DNA of 64,000 bases from Candidatus Poribacteria bacterium (GCA_963663765.2 CAXXUA010000003.1:544001-608000); one strand, 5' to 3'. Positions 51,674 through 63,123 are shown, counted from the first letter of the stretch. Translations and numbers: made by a program. The notes: generated by a model not told the origin, from the letters alone.

Positions 51674-52473
51674 GGGTGTGTAAAGTTTTTGCACAGAGGT
51701 ACAAACTTTTGTTCTCTTTAGTCCCGTAGGTACGATATATCTATAGAAAGACGTTATCACCCTCTCTTGAGTTCCATAGGAATGACATAGAAGAATAAAC
51801 ATATCGTCCCTACGGGACTAAAAAGGCGTGTGAACTCGTATTCTATAAACATATCGTCCCTACGGGACTGAAGAGTATGGTTGATATTAACAATATTTCC
51901 TTATGTTGACAACACCTATGGGTCCTGTTCCCGCAATCTCTAATTTAATCAGTTGCGGCGTGGCACAGAGACCCATAGGTGTCAACTTAAGAAAAAGTCA
52001 AGTGCTAAATACCCCATCCCGGTAGGCGTGCTTTGTAAGTGCGCCGATAAATAAAGGATTGGCAACGGCGCGCTTACAAAGCACCAAATCAACGGTATGA
52101 ATGCCGTTTAGGCATTCCCCGCCTACCTTGAGTGAGAAAATCGGGGTTTCAAGGTTTCCCTCCTATTGGCAACGGCGCGCTTACAAAGCACGCCTGCGGG
52201 TGAGTGCGGGTGAGTGCGGGGCGCGCTTACAAAGCACGCCTGCGGGTGAGTGCGGGTGAGTGCGTGGCGCGCTTACAAAGCACGACTGCAGGTGAGTTTG
52301 GGTCAGTGCGTGGCGCGCTTACAAAGTACGCCTACCTTGAGTGAGAAAATCGGGGTTTCAAGGTTTCCCTCCTACAATAATATGAATCGCTAAGTTGACA
52401 CCTATGCGGCGGGGCACAAAGACCCCGCCCTACAATGGAGAATGAACAGTGTGTGCAAAAACTTTACACACCC
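51674..52473. mobile_element. 800-bp non-coding MITE (IS256-like ends) inserted in the ISAs1 transposase
   Basis: 22-bp TIR GGGTGTGTAAAGTTTTTGCACA; 8-bp duplication ACAACAGA at 51666-51673 and 52474-52481; removal restores VITT|DTLLTQ. Confidence 0.88.
51974..52406. mobile_element. IS231-like-ended MITE with an internal REP array, nested in a REP
   Basis: TIR CATAGGTGTCAACTTA; 18-bp imperfect duplication CGGCG(T/G)GGCACA(G/A)AGACC. Confidence 0.75.
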
Positions 52474-53428
52474 ACAACAGACACTCTCTTGACACAGAAT
52501 ACTTTCTGTGTCAAGAGAGAGGCGGAAACTATCTACTTCCTGTCAAAAGAAATCATCCTGACCTCTTTAGTGAGATTGAGGACCTTTTTCAGAACATTCC
52601 TGACACACTCGCTGAGGATACAATACATCCTATTTTGAAAGAACCCATTGACGTTTATGAGACAGTTGAAAAATCACATGGTAGAATCCAAACAAGGTGT
52701 TTGAATGCAAGCACAAGTCTAAATGCATCCCTGGACTGGCGAGGGTTAGCACAAGTTCTCCAATATCGTTATACGTATAAGAACCTAAACACAGGAGAAG
52801 AAACACACAAAATCTCCTATGGTATTACAAGTCTAAATCCCAAAGAAACAACTGCCGAACGCTTACTCACTTTACGGCGTGGACATTGGTCTATAGAGAA
52901 CAAATCTCACTGGATGCGGGATACGCTGCTTGGAGAAGATGCCTCGTCTGTCCGATGCGGTGCTATTCCACAAATAATGGCTGCTTTGCGAAATACAGCA
53001 TTAGCAGTGCTGCGATTTGCTGGGATAACGCGTATAGCTGACGAGATAAAATACTTAGCTTCAAAACCTAAACTCCCAGTTAACTTGATAACTGAGAGTT
53101 TTTTAAACTAAATAACCCTGCCTTGCATTTGACACACAAGGCACTTTCAAAAAACTTAAATGCTCGTGACATCATCCGCGTTGTCTTGCGCGTTGTCGTT
53201 CGCGTTGTCTGATGTCACTTCTGTTGTAGATGTAATATCAATTGTTGTAGATTCAATTGTGTTTTCTAAAGTCACATTGATAATAAGATTTATAGGTAGG
53301 TCATCTTCACATTCTTCCTCTACCTCGTGAGAAATAACAACCAATTACATGATAACCTTTTACATGCATTTACCAAAATGGTGGGGCGCGTCATTTAATA
53401 GGTTTAGAAAACCCCACGCCCATAAGGT

Positions 53429-54226
53429 CTATTCAATCTTCAATGTCCCCCAAGTAGTTGCAAGTTTGTCATGGAGTTCAACCGAAAGCACACCGCCTGC
53501 AATTCTCGTAATTTCTTCTTCGGTTAAGACCCTATTATATAAACGAAAATCATCAATGAGGCCTAACCATGAACTACTTGTATCTTTTGCCCCTTTACCG
53601 ATAATGAGTTTTACAACATTAGACACCTTGCCTTCAGTTGCATCACTATTATGGGTTGCATTATCGTCAAGTATGCCATCAATATAAAGTGACAACTGCT
53701 TACCGCTTTCCCAAGAATATGTGATATGTTGCCATTCCGTTGTCTGCATATTGCTTTGACTTTCATAGGTTTGCTTGCCACCTGTAGTTGTCAAGGATGC
53801 CTTGATAACATCTACGCTACCTTTGACATCCCAACTGTCTTTGTCATAACGAAGACCGAATATGCTGTCACTGTCGTCAGGGTCAATCCCCATCAGAAAA
53901 CCTCTATCGTGATTTGTTTCAGTTGCTTTTATCCAAACAGACATAGTAAAAGCAGTGAGTCCGTTGATATAATCCGCACCATTCTCATCAACGATACAAC
54001 TATCGTTGCCGTCTAAACTGATAGCACCGCGATACCTGCCTTCTGCAGATGCCCATTCAGCACCACCCATCAGTTTAGCGTTGTGGTTGTTACCACTATC
54101 ATCAGACACAGCGTTACCACTGATTTCGTCAAATGGATAATAAACGATTAACCCGTCCTGTAGACTTGCAATAACAGAGCCGCACAGGGACATAAGAATT
54201 ACCATAAACATTAGTAGATTACGCAC
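53429..54226 (-). CDS. Secreted LamG/concanavalin-like protein
   Basis: GLIVYYPFDE, AFTMSVWIK, WQHITYSW, GLIDDFRLYNRVL, tail KLATTWGTLK; RBS AAGGAG. Confidence 0.88.
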   Translation of the reverse strand: MRNLLMFMVILMSLCGSVIASLQDGLIVYYPFDEISGNAVSDDSGNNHNAKLMGGAEWASAEGRYRGAISLDGNDSCIVDENGADYINGLTAFTMSVWIKATETNHDRGFLMGIDPDDSDSIFGLRYDKDSWDVKGSVDVIKASLTTTGGKQTYESQSNMQTTEWQHITYSWESGKQLSLYIDGILDDNATHNSDATEGKVSNVVKLIIGKGAKDTSSSWLGLIDDFRLYNRVLTEEEITRIAGGVLSVELHDKLATTWGTLKIE

Positions 54227-54285
54227 AATTTAACTCCTTTTTTTGGATAAAGGGGAGCAACATGCACCCCTTAGGTTTGTTATAT

Positions 54286-57200
54286 TTACTTCAGTATCAC
54301 CATCTTCCGAAGGATGGAAATTTTGTCCGCCTGCAGTTGATAAAAATAAACACCATTCGCCACACCCTCACCATAAGCGTTTCGACCATCCCAATGTGCC
54401 GCACGGCTTCTATTTGTATAGATTCCCGCAGGCTGACGACCAAGACCTAATTGACGTACAACGTTTCCGCGGACATCGTAGATCGTGATGCTAACTTCAC
54501 TCGGATTCGCCAACTGATACGGTATCCACGTCTCAGGGTTGAACGGATTGGGATAGTTAGAAAACAAGGCAGTATCATCAGGTGACGCAGAAGGCGGCTG
54601 AACAGAAGGCGCAGCACCTGCTACATCGGTGACATTGATCGTAACGGTGATGATATCAGTACCACTATGATTTCTCGGTCTACCATAATGAATATCCAGA
54701 ATATCCCGTACAAAGATTGAGAACGTATATGAGGACTTGGTTTCAAAATCCAATGCCTCCTTCGTTCTCAACTGCCCACTATATTTATCAAGACCGAAGG
54801 GTTCAGCATCACCCAAGTAATTAGTCGAGGAATCACCCGAGTAATCATTGAAATACATTAAGGTATTACCATCCGCATCTGTTGCGGACAGAGGATTACC
54901 GATGTTTGTACCGACTTCAGTATTCTCTGCAACCGAGCGGGTAGTGCTTGCACCTTCGGTAAATATAGGCGGATTATTATCAATGTTTAGATCAATATCA
55001 ATATCCGTATTATTCTTCTTGAGGGTGCGGAGCGGACCGTAATCGGAAATCGGATTACGATAGAGATATAATTTATCTATTGATGTTAGATTTTCAAATT
55101 CTGAGGCATCAGTAAGCAGATTGTCACCGATGTTGATTGTCTTTAAAGATGATAGTCCATCAAATACGTCAGAAGGTAGACTGGACAAGTCGTTATCCGC
55201 AAGTCTGATCAATTCTATAGATGCGAGTCCTTCAAACACATCAGCAGAGAGGCTTGATATGGAGTTGTGACCCACGAAGAGGTCTTGTAGTGATGAGAGC
55301 CCATCGAACGTACTATCAGATAGACTTGTGATGGCGTTGAACTTTAGATCAAGCTCTGTCAGTGCTGAGAGTTCATCAAAAATATTATCAGGGATACTCG
55401 TTACGTTGCTATCAACGATCCTTAACCGCTCAAGTGCTGTTAACCCATCAAACAAACCATCAGGTAGACTTGTCATACTTCCATTATCGTAAATAGAGAG
55501 ATCGGTGAGACCTGTAAGTCCATCAAAATCGTTAGCTGACAATGATGTTATACCTTGACTGCTGAAACTAAGAGACGTAATAGCAGCAAGATGTGCTGCT
55601 GTTACATTGGCTGCAGCATCCACACCATCTATGTTTTCAACGATAGCATCTTGCACTTGCGATGTGCGTCCGCTTAACACATTTGTGTTCATTAGTTGTT
55701 GTGGTGGCTCAATCGCTACGTTCGTGATGTTGATCGTAACAGCAATAGAGTCGCTACCGCCTTTGTTATCGGAAACGGAGACCGTTACCGAATAGGTATC
55801 CTTCTGTTCATAATTCAAGGGGGCTTTGGTTTTCAGTTGTCCTGATGTGGTAACAAGCGCAAATGATGCCGCATCGGTACCACCTAGGCTATAGGTAAGC
55901 GTATCACTACTATCAGCATCGGTTGCAGATACCGGATCACCGATTTCTGTGCTTGATGCCGTATTCTCTTCGATAGACCGCGTTGCGGTTTCACCTTCAG
56001 TGAACATCGGAAGGTTCTCGTTTAAATCCGTGATATTGATCGTCACGCTAATGTTATCTTCACCGCCATTACCATCAGAGACAGTGATTGTGACCGAATA
56101 GAATTTCTTTGCTTCATAATCCAAAGCAGCCTTGGTTTGCAGCTGCCCAGATGTGCTCACAATACTAAACGAATCTGCATCGGTGCCCCCCAGTGTGTAG
56201 GTGAGCGTATCACTACTATCTGCATCAGTCGCAGATACAGCCGTACCTACATTCATGTTTGCTGCCGTATTCTCTGCAACAGAGCGAGTCGTGCTTTCAC
56301 CATCTGTGAACGCGGGGATACTGTTTTCCGCCACATCCGTGACTTTTATCGTTACGTCAATGGTATCGCTTTTACCATTGCCATCGGCAACAGTGATTGT
56401 CACTGAATAAGAGTTCTTCATCTCATAATCAAGTGCTGCATTTGTTTGCAGTTGTCCACTTGTGCTAACGATGCTAAATGAACTTGCATCTGTCCCACCG
56501 AGCGTGTATGTAAGGTCATCGTCATCTGCATCCGTCGCAGAAGCAGCATCACCGATGTTCGCACCTGAACCAGTATTCTCAGCGACTTCGCGCGATGTAG
56601 TTTCGCCATCCGTGAACACAGGTGCGCGGTTCTCATCTACATCTGACACATTGATTGTCACCGCAATCTCATCAGTAAGTTTGCCATCGGAGACAGTGAT
56701 TTCAACAGCGTAGGATTTCTTGGTTTCATAATCAAGTGCTGCACTTGTGCGCAGCTGCCCATTAGTGCTGTTAATGCTAAACGAAGTTGCGTCTGTCCCA
56801 CCAAGCGTGTATGTAAGGTCATCGTCATCTGCATCCGTCGCAGAAACAGCATCACCGATGTTCGCACCTGAACCAGTATTCTCAGCGACTTCGCGCGATG
56901 TAGTTTCGCCATCCGTGAACACAGGTGCACGGTTCTCATCTACATCTGACACATTGATTGTCACCGCAATCTCATCAGTAAGTTTGCCATCGGAAACAGT
57001 GATTTCAACAGAGTAGGATTTCTTGGTTTCATAGTCAAGGGCTCCACTTGTGCGCAGCTGCCCATTAGTGCTGTTGATGCTAAACGATGATGCGTCTGTC
57101 CCACCAAGGGTGTATGTAAGGTCATCGTCATCAGCATCCGTCGCAGAAACAGCATCACCGATGTTCGCACCTGAGCCAGTATTCTCAGCGACCTCGCGCG

Positions 57201-60200
57201 ATGTAGTTTCGCCATCTGTGAACACAGGTGCACGGTTCTCATCTACATCTGACACATTGATTGTCACCGCAATCTCATCAGTAAGTTTGCCATCGGAAAC
57301 AGTGATTTCAACAGAGTAGGATTTCTTGGTTTCATAGTCAAGGGCTCCACTTGTGCGCAGCTGCCCATTAGTGCTGTTGATGCTAAACGATGATGCGTCT
57401 GTCCCACCAAGGGTGTATGTAAGGTCATCGTCATCAGCATCCGTCGCAGAAACAGCACTACCGATGTTCACACCTGAGCCAGTATTCTCAGCGACTTCGC
57501 GCGATGTAGTTTCGCCATCTGTGAACACAGGTGCGCGGTTCTCATCTACATCTGACACATTGATTGTCACCGCAATCTCATCAGTAAGTTTGCCATCGGA
57601 GACAGTGATTTCAACAGCATAGGATTTCTTGGTTTCATAATCAAGTGCTGCACTTGTGCGCAGCTGCCCATTAGTGCTGTTAATGCTAAACGAAGTTGCG
57701 TCTGTCCCACCGAGCGTGTATGTAAGGTCATCGTCATCAGCATCCGTCGCAGAAACAGCACTACCGATGTTCACACCTGAGCCAGTATTCTCAGCGACTT
57801 CACGCGATGTAGTTTCGCCATCCGTGAACACTGGTGCACGGTTCTCATCTACATTCAACACATTGATTGTAATATCAATTTCATCTGAGAGCGTCCCGTC
57901 TGAGACAGTGATTGTCACTAAATAGGACTTTTTGGTTTCATAGTCAAGTGAGGTTTTTGTTTGAAGCTGTCCACTTGTGCCAACAATGTCAAATGACGCT
58001 GCATCTGTCCCACCAAGGGTATATGTCAAAGTGTCACCATCATCAGGATCCGTTGCGGATACCGTCCCGCCGATATTCATACCTGCTGCCGTATTCTCTG
58101 CAATAGACAAGCTTATTTCTGTATTGGCTGGGATAATAGGTGCTTCATTCACATCAGTGACGCTAATCGTGACGGTGATACTATCAGTTCCGCTCCCATC
58201 AGAGACAGTGACAGTGACCGTATAAGAGGCTTTCGCCTCATGATTAAGAGCAGCCCTTGTTTTCAATTGCCCGTTAGCACTGTCAATACTAAACGATGCC
58301 GCATCTGTGCCGCTTAGCAGATACGCAAGCGTGTTTTTATCCGCATCTGTTGCACTAATAGGTGTGCCGATGTTGGAACCTGCATCAGTATTTTCAGCGA
58401 CAGAACGTGTTGTGCTTGTACCCTCAGAGAATACTGGGGGGTTGTTAGAAGGCGTTTCATCTAAGTTCGTGATGCTGATTGTTACCGTGATTATATCTGT
58501 CAAACTACCATCGGAGACAGAGATTGTCACCGAATAGGCTGTCTTTTTTTCATAATCAAGGGTAGTTTTTGTTTTCAACTGTCCAGTCTCACCCTCAATA
58601 CTGAATGATACTGCATCCGTTCCACCGAGGGTATATGTCAGGTCGTCCCCTTCCGGGTCGTTGGCAGAAACCGCACGACCTACATTGATGTCTGCAGGAA
58701 CGTTCTCTGCAATAGCGCGCGTTGTGGTAGTACCATCCAAGAAGACAGGTGCTTCATTGACATCCGTAACTTTAATCGTAACGCTGATGCTGTCGGTGCC
58801 TCCGTTACCATCGGAAGCATTGACGGTCAGCGAATACGAAGATTTGCTCTCATAATTCAATACAGCACTGGTTTTCACTTGTCCTGAACGACTATCAATG
58901 CTGAACGAAGACGCATCTGTGCCACTGAGTCTATATGTCAACGTATCGTCATCCGCATCGGTTGCTGTGATTGGACTGCCGATATTGACGTCGGAACCTG
59001 TATTCTCAGCAACAGTGAGCGTCAGGCTGCTTCCATCCGTAAACTCAGGGGCATTGTTTGTCGGCGATTCGTCTACATCCGTTACATTTACTGTGACAGA
59101 TATACTATCACTACCACCATTCCCATCAGAAACAGTAATCGTAACTGAATATGATGACTTCGTTTCAAAGTCTAACGCTGTACTTGTTCGCAGCTGCCCA
59201 TTAGTGCTGTCAATAGTGAATGAAGACGCATCGGTACCGCTAAGACCATAAGTCAAAGTATCATTATCTGAATCTGTCGCAGAAACGGCTGAACCGATGT
59301 CAGCACCAGAACCCGTATTCTCCGGCACGCTAAGGGTCGTGCTTTCTCCTGCTGTGAACACAGGTTCGTTGTTTGTCGGCGATTCGTCTACATCCGTTAC
59401 ATTGATCGTAACAGATATACTATCACTACCACCATTCCCATCAGAAACAGTAATCGCAACTGAATACGAGGACTTCGTTTCATAGTCAAGGGACGTATCG
59501 GTTCGCAGCTGCCCGGTTGTGCTGTCAATACTAAATGAGGACGCATCGGCACCGCTAAGACCGTAAGCCAAAGTATCGTTATCTGAATCTGTCGCAGAAA
59601 CGGCTGAACCGATGTCAGCACCAGAACCCGTATTCTCCGCCACGCTAAGGGTTGTGCTTTCTCCTGCTGTGAACACAGGTGCGTTGTTATCGGGATTTTC
59701 ATCTACATCCGTTACATTAATCGTCACGTTTATGGCATCGTTTCCCGTGTTGCCATCAGATACGGTGACTATAACAGAGTAGGACGACTTCGTTTCATAA
59801 TCTAACGCTGCACTTGTTCGCAGCTGCCCGGTTGTGCTGTCAATACTAAATGAGGACGCATCGGTGCCGCTAAGACCGTAAGTCAAAGTATCGTTATCTG
59901 AATCTGTCGCAGAAACGGCTGAACCGATGTTAGCACCAGAACCCGTATTCTCCGGCACGCTAAGGGTCGTGCTTTCTCCTGCTGTGAACACAGGTGCGTT
60001 GTTTGTCGGCGATTCGTCTACATCCGTTACATTTATTGTAACAGATATACTATCACTACCACCATTCCCATCTGAAACAGTAATCGTAACTGAATATGAT
60101 GACTTCGTTTCATAGTCAAGGGACGTATCGGTTCGCAGCTGCCCGGTTGTGCTGTCAATACTGAATGAGGACGCATCGGTGCTGCTAAGGCTGTAAGTCA

Positions 60201-63123
60201 AAGTGTCGTTATCTGAATCTGTCGCAGAAACGGCTGAACCGATGTCAGCACCAGAACCCGTATTCTCCGGCACGCTAAGGGTCGTGCTTTCTCCTGCTGT
60301 GAACACAGGTGCGTTGTTATCGGGATTTTCATCTACATCCGTCACGTTAATCGTCACGCTTATGGCATCGTTTCCTTTGTTTCCATCGGATACGGTGACT
60401 ATAACAGAGTAGGACGACTTCGTTTCGAAGTCTAACGCTCCACTTGTTCGAAGCTGTCCGGTTGTGCTATCAATACTGAATGATGAAGCATCGGTACCGC
60501 TAAGACCATAAGTCAACGTATCGTCATCTGCATCCGTAGCACCGATAGCCGCGCCGATATTTTCACCTGATGATGTGTTTTCTGCGACAGAACGAGTTGT
60601 GCTATCGCCATCAGTAAACACAGGCGCGCGGTTCTCGTCTACATCGGTGACGTTGATTGTAACGGAAATGCTATCACTACCACCATTCCCATCAGATACA
60701 TCCACAGTTACCGAGTAAGTAGTTTTAGTTTCATAATCCAACGCATCTTTTGTCTGGAGTTGTCCTGACGTGCTAACAATGCTAAACGACGACGTATCTG
60801 TCCCACTCAACACATAGGTAAGCGTATCATCATCAACATCTGTAGCAGCAATCGCCGCACCAATATTTGTGCCTGATTCCGTATTCTCAGCAATAGAACG
60901 TGTCGTGGTGGCACCTTCTGTAAATATTGGTGCGGAGTTGATACTACTAAACACCTCAACAGGTAAACCATCTGATTTCACAAGTGCATATCCAGTATGG
61001 GTTGTAGGTAGAATCGGCAGGTTACCAATATCTGCAGTAACCGCAGCGGTCGTATCAGCAGTACGAGTAACCTCGTGTATTTGGCTTTCCCTACTGCCCT
61101 GCGGGATTGTAAGGGTGATTGTGTTAGTTAGAGTCGTGCCTGTCCTGATGTTTATCGGCACTGAAATATCAAAAAGCGCACCTGTTGAGACGACTGTTTT
61201 GAGCATGTTCGTACCGAACTTCTCCAACGACACAGTAAGCGGCAATGGCGAGACCGAATTGCCACTCAAGTCAACCGTTGTCAACGAATGCAGATTGTCA
61301 AAAATACCATCTGGAAGGCTACTGAGTTGGTTATTACTCAGGTTAAGTGTTGTCAGTGAAAGCATGCCAGCGAAATCATCACTGTGCAACGTGCTAATCC
61401 CTCTGCTACTTAAGTCAAGGTTTGTGATGAGTGTAAGTTGCCAATCGTTTACATTACGACAATCGGTGACACCTGGCACTGCATCGGTAATGGCTTCAGT
61501 TACTTGGAGCGTTCGGTTGCAGACTGTAGATCTAGAAAGAACATAGCCGAAGTGGTTCGCAGGCAATGCAGGTAAACCACCAATAATGGGTACTATGGTT
61601 GAGGTAAATGTCTCACTTATCACGTTTCCTTTCGGTATTGTTTTATTACCGATTCCGCCAAACGGCACAACAACGTCAAAAGGTGCACCGACAGGTATCA
61701 CTGCTTGATATTGATCCACACCTACCTGCTGCAACGATACGATAATCGGCAGTGGGGCAACAACGTTACCACCCAGTCGCAGTGAAGTCAGTGAAGTTAA
61801 ACCTTTAAATAGACCATTCGGCAGACTGCTGAGCATATTCCCATACAGATTAAGACTCGTCAACCCACTCAAACCACCAAAATCACCCGATTTCAGTTCG
61901 GTAATCCCGTTAGAACGCAGGTCTAGACTTCTAATTGCTGCAAGATGTACATCTGTTACCGCAGTAGCATCTGTTATGCCCGGTATTGCAGCCACAATCG
62001 CATCGCGCACTTGCGGTGTCCGCTCACTCACAGGAAGCGATGCAGAAACCAAATCTGTATCGTTGACATCAATGACGACGATAATAACGGTGATACTGTC
62101 GATGAGAGTACCATCGGAAACGGTGATAGTAACTGTGTAAAAACGTTTGGTTTCATAGTCCAACGCTGCCTGTGTTTTCAACTGTCCCGTGCTGTTATCG
62201 ATATTAAATGACGATGCATCTATTCCACTAAGCGTATACGATAATTTGTCATTATTTGCATCGGTTGCGCCGACAGCAACACCGATATTGACATCTGCGT
62301 TTGTATTTTCTGCCACTGTACGGGCAGCAACTGATCCATCGGTGAACACGGGCGCGATCGCTTCCTGAACAACAGGTGGCTCTATTGGTTGCGTGACCAT
62401 AGGCGGTTCTACTGGGTCAACAGTTTCTTCACCTAAAACTTCAATCGGCAGTGTCTCGGATTTGGTAAGCGTATAGCCGTAATGGTTTTTAGGTAAACCC
62501 GGCAATGAGCCGATATTCACAGTAACAGCATCGGTAGTACCAGTAGTGCGAGTAACCGTCAAAGCATCGCTTTCCACACTGCCCTTGGCAATCGTGAGTG
62601 TCGTTGCACTGTCAGCGATACTGCCGTTGAGTGCACTAATCGGCACCAAAATATCAAACGGTGCACCTGTCAGTGCGACTGCTTTGAACTGCCCACCACT
62701 CTCACTGCCACCGACTTTTTCAAGCGAAACACTAATAGGCAACGGGTCAACCGTGTTGCCACCCAAACGCAACGTTGTCAATGCTGTCAATCCCTCAAAA
62801 ATGCCATCAGGAAGGCTACTAAGTTCGTTGTTATACAGATTTAGATTAGTTAGTGCGGTTAACCCAGAAAAGTCGCCTGATTTCAACGTTGTAATGCCTT
62901 TGGCGCGTAGGTTGAGGCTGGTAATTGCTGCGAGGTGTGCTTCGGTAACATCACCTGCAGTGTCCACACCGGGTACTGCCGCAATGATCGCATCGCGCAC
63001 TTCAGATGTACGCTCACTTACTGCCGTGACATCTGCAAAACTCATAAAATTCGTTCCAATGATTGTCAAGATAACAAAAAAAACATAGATAACCTGTTTA
63101 TTCTTAACCGTTAATATCTGCAT
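54286..63123 (-). CDS. Giant secreted LRR + cadherin-repeat protein 3 (2945 aa) with FlgD-Ig/T9SS-like CTD
   Basis: Same architecture as protein 1; near-identical 303-bp cadherin repeats at about 56400-57850; NYPNPFNPETWIPYQL. Confidence 0.92.
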   Translation of the reverse strand: MQILTVKNKQVIYVFFVILTIIGTNFMSFADVTAVSERTSEVRDAIIAAVPGVDTAGDVTEAHLAAITSLNLRAKGITTLKSGDFSGLTALTNLNLYNNELSSLPDGIFEGLTALTTLRLGGNTVDPLPISVSLEKVGGSESGGQFKAVALTGAPFDILVPISALNGSIADSATTLTIAKGSVESDALTVTRTTGTTDAVTVNIGSLPGLPKNHYGYTLTKSETLPIEVLGEETVDPVEPPMVTQPIEPPVVQEAIAPVFTDGSVAARTVAENTNADVNIGVAVGATDANNDKLSYTLSGIDASSFNIDNSTGQLKTQAALDYETKRFYTVTITVSDGTLIDSITVIIVVIDVNDTDLVSASLPVSERTPQVRDAIVAAIPGITDATAVTDVHLAAIRSLDLRSNGITELKSGDFGGLSGLTSLNLYGNMLSSLPNGLFKGLTSLTSLRLGGNVVAPLPIIVSLQQVGVDQYQAVIPVGAPFDVVVPFGGIGNKTIPKGNVISETFTSTIVPIIGGLPALPANHFGYVLSRSTVCNRTLQVTEAITDAVPGVTDCRNVNDWQLTLITNLDLSSRGISTLHSDDFAGMLSLTTLNLSNNQLSSLPDGIFDNLHSLTTVDLSGNSVSPLPLTVSLEKFGTNMLKTVVSTGALFDISVPINIRTGTTLTNTITLTIPQGSRESQIHEVTRTADTTAAVTADIGNLPILPTTHTGYALVKSDGLPVEVFSSINSAPIFTEGATTTRSIAENTESGTNIGAAIAATDVDDDTLTYVLSGTDTSSFSIVSTSGQLQTKDALDYETKTTYSVTVDVSDGNGGSDSISVTINVTDVDENRAPVFTDGDSTTRSVAENTSSGENIGAAIGATDADDDTLTYGLSGTDASSFSIDSTTGQLRTSGALDFETKSSYSVIVTVSDGNKGNDAISVTINVTDVDENPDNNAPVFTAGESTTLSVPENTGSGADIGSAVSATDSDNDTLTYSLSSTDASSFSIDSTTGQLRTDTSLDYETKSSYSVTITVSDGNGGSDSISVTINVTDVDESPTNNAPVFTAGESTTLSVPENTGSGANIGSAVSATDSDNDTLTYGLSGTDASSFSIDSTTGQLRTSAALDYETKSSYSVIVTVSDGNTGNDAINVTINVTDVDENPDNNAPVFTAGESTTLSVAENTGSGADIGSAVSATDSDNDTLAYGLSGADASSFSIDSTTGQLRTDTSLDYETKSSYSVAITVSDGNGGSDSISVTINVTDVDESPTNNEPVFTAGESTTLSVPENTGSGADIGSAVSATDSDNDTLTYGLSGTDASSFTIDSTNGQLRTSTALDFETKSSYSVTITVSDGNGGSDSISVTVNVTDVDESPTNNAPEFTDGSSLTLTVAENTGSDVNIGSPITATDADDDTLTYRLSGTDASSFSIDSRSGQVKTSAVLNYESKSSYSLTVNASDGNGGTDSISVTIKVTDVNEAPVFLDGTTTTRAIAENVPADINVGRAVSANDPEGDDLTYTLGGTDAVSFSIEGETGQLKTKTTLDYEKKTAYSVTISVSDGSLTDIITVTISITNLDETPSNNPPVFSEGTSTTRSVAENTDAGSNIGTPISATDADKNTLAYLLSGTDAASFSIDSANGQLKTRAALNHEAKASYTVTVTVSDGSGTDSITVTISVTDVNEAPIIPANTEISLSIAENTAAGMNIGGTVSATDPDDGDTLTYTLGGTDAASFDIVGTSGQLQTKTSLDYETKKSYLVTITVSDGTLSDEIDITINVLNVDENRAPVFTDGETTSREVAENTGSGVNIGSAVSATDADDDDLTYTLGGTDATSFSINSTNGQLRTSAALDYETKKSYAVEITVSDGKLTDEIAVTINVSDVDENRAPVFTDGETTSREVAENTGSGVNIGSAVSATDADDDDLTYTLGGTDASSFSINSTNGQLRTSGALDYETKKSYSVEITVSDGKLTDEIAVTINVSDVDENRAPVFTDGETTSREVAENTGSGANIGDAVSATDADDDDLTYTLGGTDASSFSINSTNGQLRTSGALDYETKKSYSVEITVSDGKLTDEIAVTINVSDVDENRAPVFTDGETTSREVAENTGSGANIGDAVSATDADDDDLTYTLGGTDATSFSINSTNGQLRTSAALDYETKKSYAVEITVSDGKLTDEIAVTINVSDVDENRAPVFTDGETTSREVAENTGSGANIGDAASATDADDDDLTYTLGGTDASSFSIVSTSGQLQTNAALDYEMKNSYSVTITVADGNGKSDTIDVTIKVTDVAENSIPAFTDGESTTRSVAENTAANMNVGTAVSATDADSSDTLTYTLGGTDADSFSIVSTSGQLQTKAALDYEAKKFYSVTITVSDGNGGEDNISVTINITDLNENLPMFTEGETATRSIEENTASSTEIGDPVSATDADSSDTLTYSLGGTDAASFALVTTSGQLKTKAPLNYEQKDTYSVTVSVSDNKGGSDSIAVTINITNVAIEPPQQLMNTNVLSGRTSQVQDAIVENIDGVDAAANVTAAHLAAITSLSFSSQGITSLSANDFDGLTGLTDLSIYDNGSMTSLPDGLFDGLTALERLRIVDSNVTSIPDNIFDELSALTELDLKFNAITSLSDSTFDGLSSLQDLFVGHNSISSLSADVFEGLASIELIRLADNDLSSLPSDVFDGLSSLKTINIGDNLLTDASEFENLTSIDKLYLYRNPISDYGPLRTLKKNNTDIDIDLNIDNNPPIFTEGASTTRSVAENTEVGTNIGNPLSATDADGNTLMYFNDYSGDSSTNYLGDAEPFGLDKYSGQLRTKEALDFETKSSYTFSIFVRDILDIHYGRPRNHSGTDIITVTINVTDVAGAAPSVQPPSASPDDTALFSNYPNPFNPETWIPYQLANPSEVSITIYDVRGNVVRQLGLGRQPAGIYTNRSRAAHWDGRNAYGEGVANGVYFYQLQADKISILRKMVILK

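Larger units (their letters stand above)
51049..53120 (+). mobile_element. Decayed ISAs1-family element with an interrupted transposase
   Basis: TIR (T)AGGGTTATTTAGTTT/AAACTAAATAACCCTG; motifs AIxGKTMRAS, KTNEIP, HGRIQTR, RGHWSIENKSHWMRD.LLGED. Confidence 0.88.

Noticed and set aside
53156-53344. Small acidic ORF next to ISAs1
   Set aside because: Low complexity, no RBS or recognisable domain; probably a gene remnant.
29876-63088. Many plus-strand ORFs antisense to the cadherin, LRR and WD40 genes
   Set aside because: They are shadows of repetitive coding sequence, with no RBS or independent protein signal.
19955-63123. Diversity-generating retroelement behind the LRR variability
   Set aside because: No reverse transcriptase and no template/variable repeat pair with adenine-specific differences was seen.
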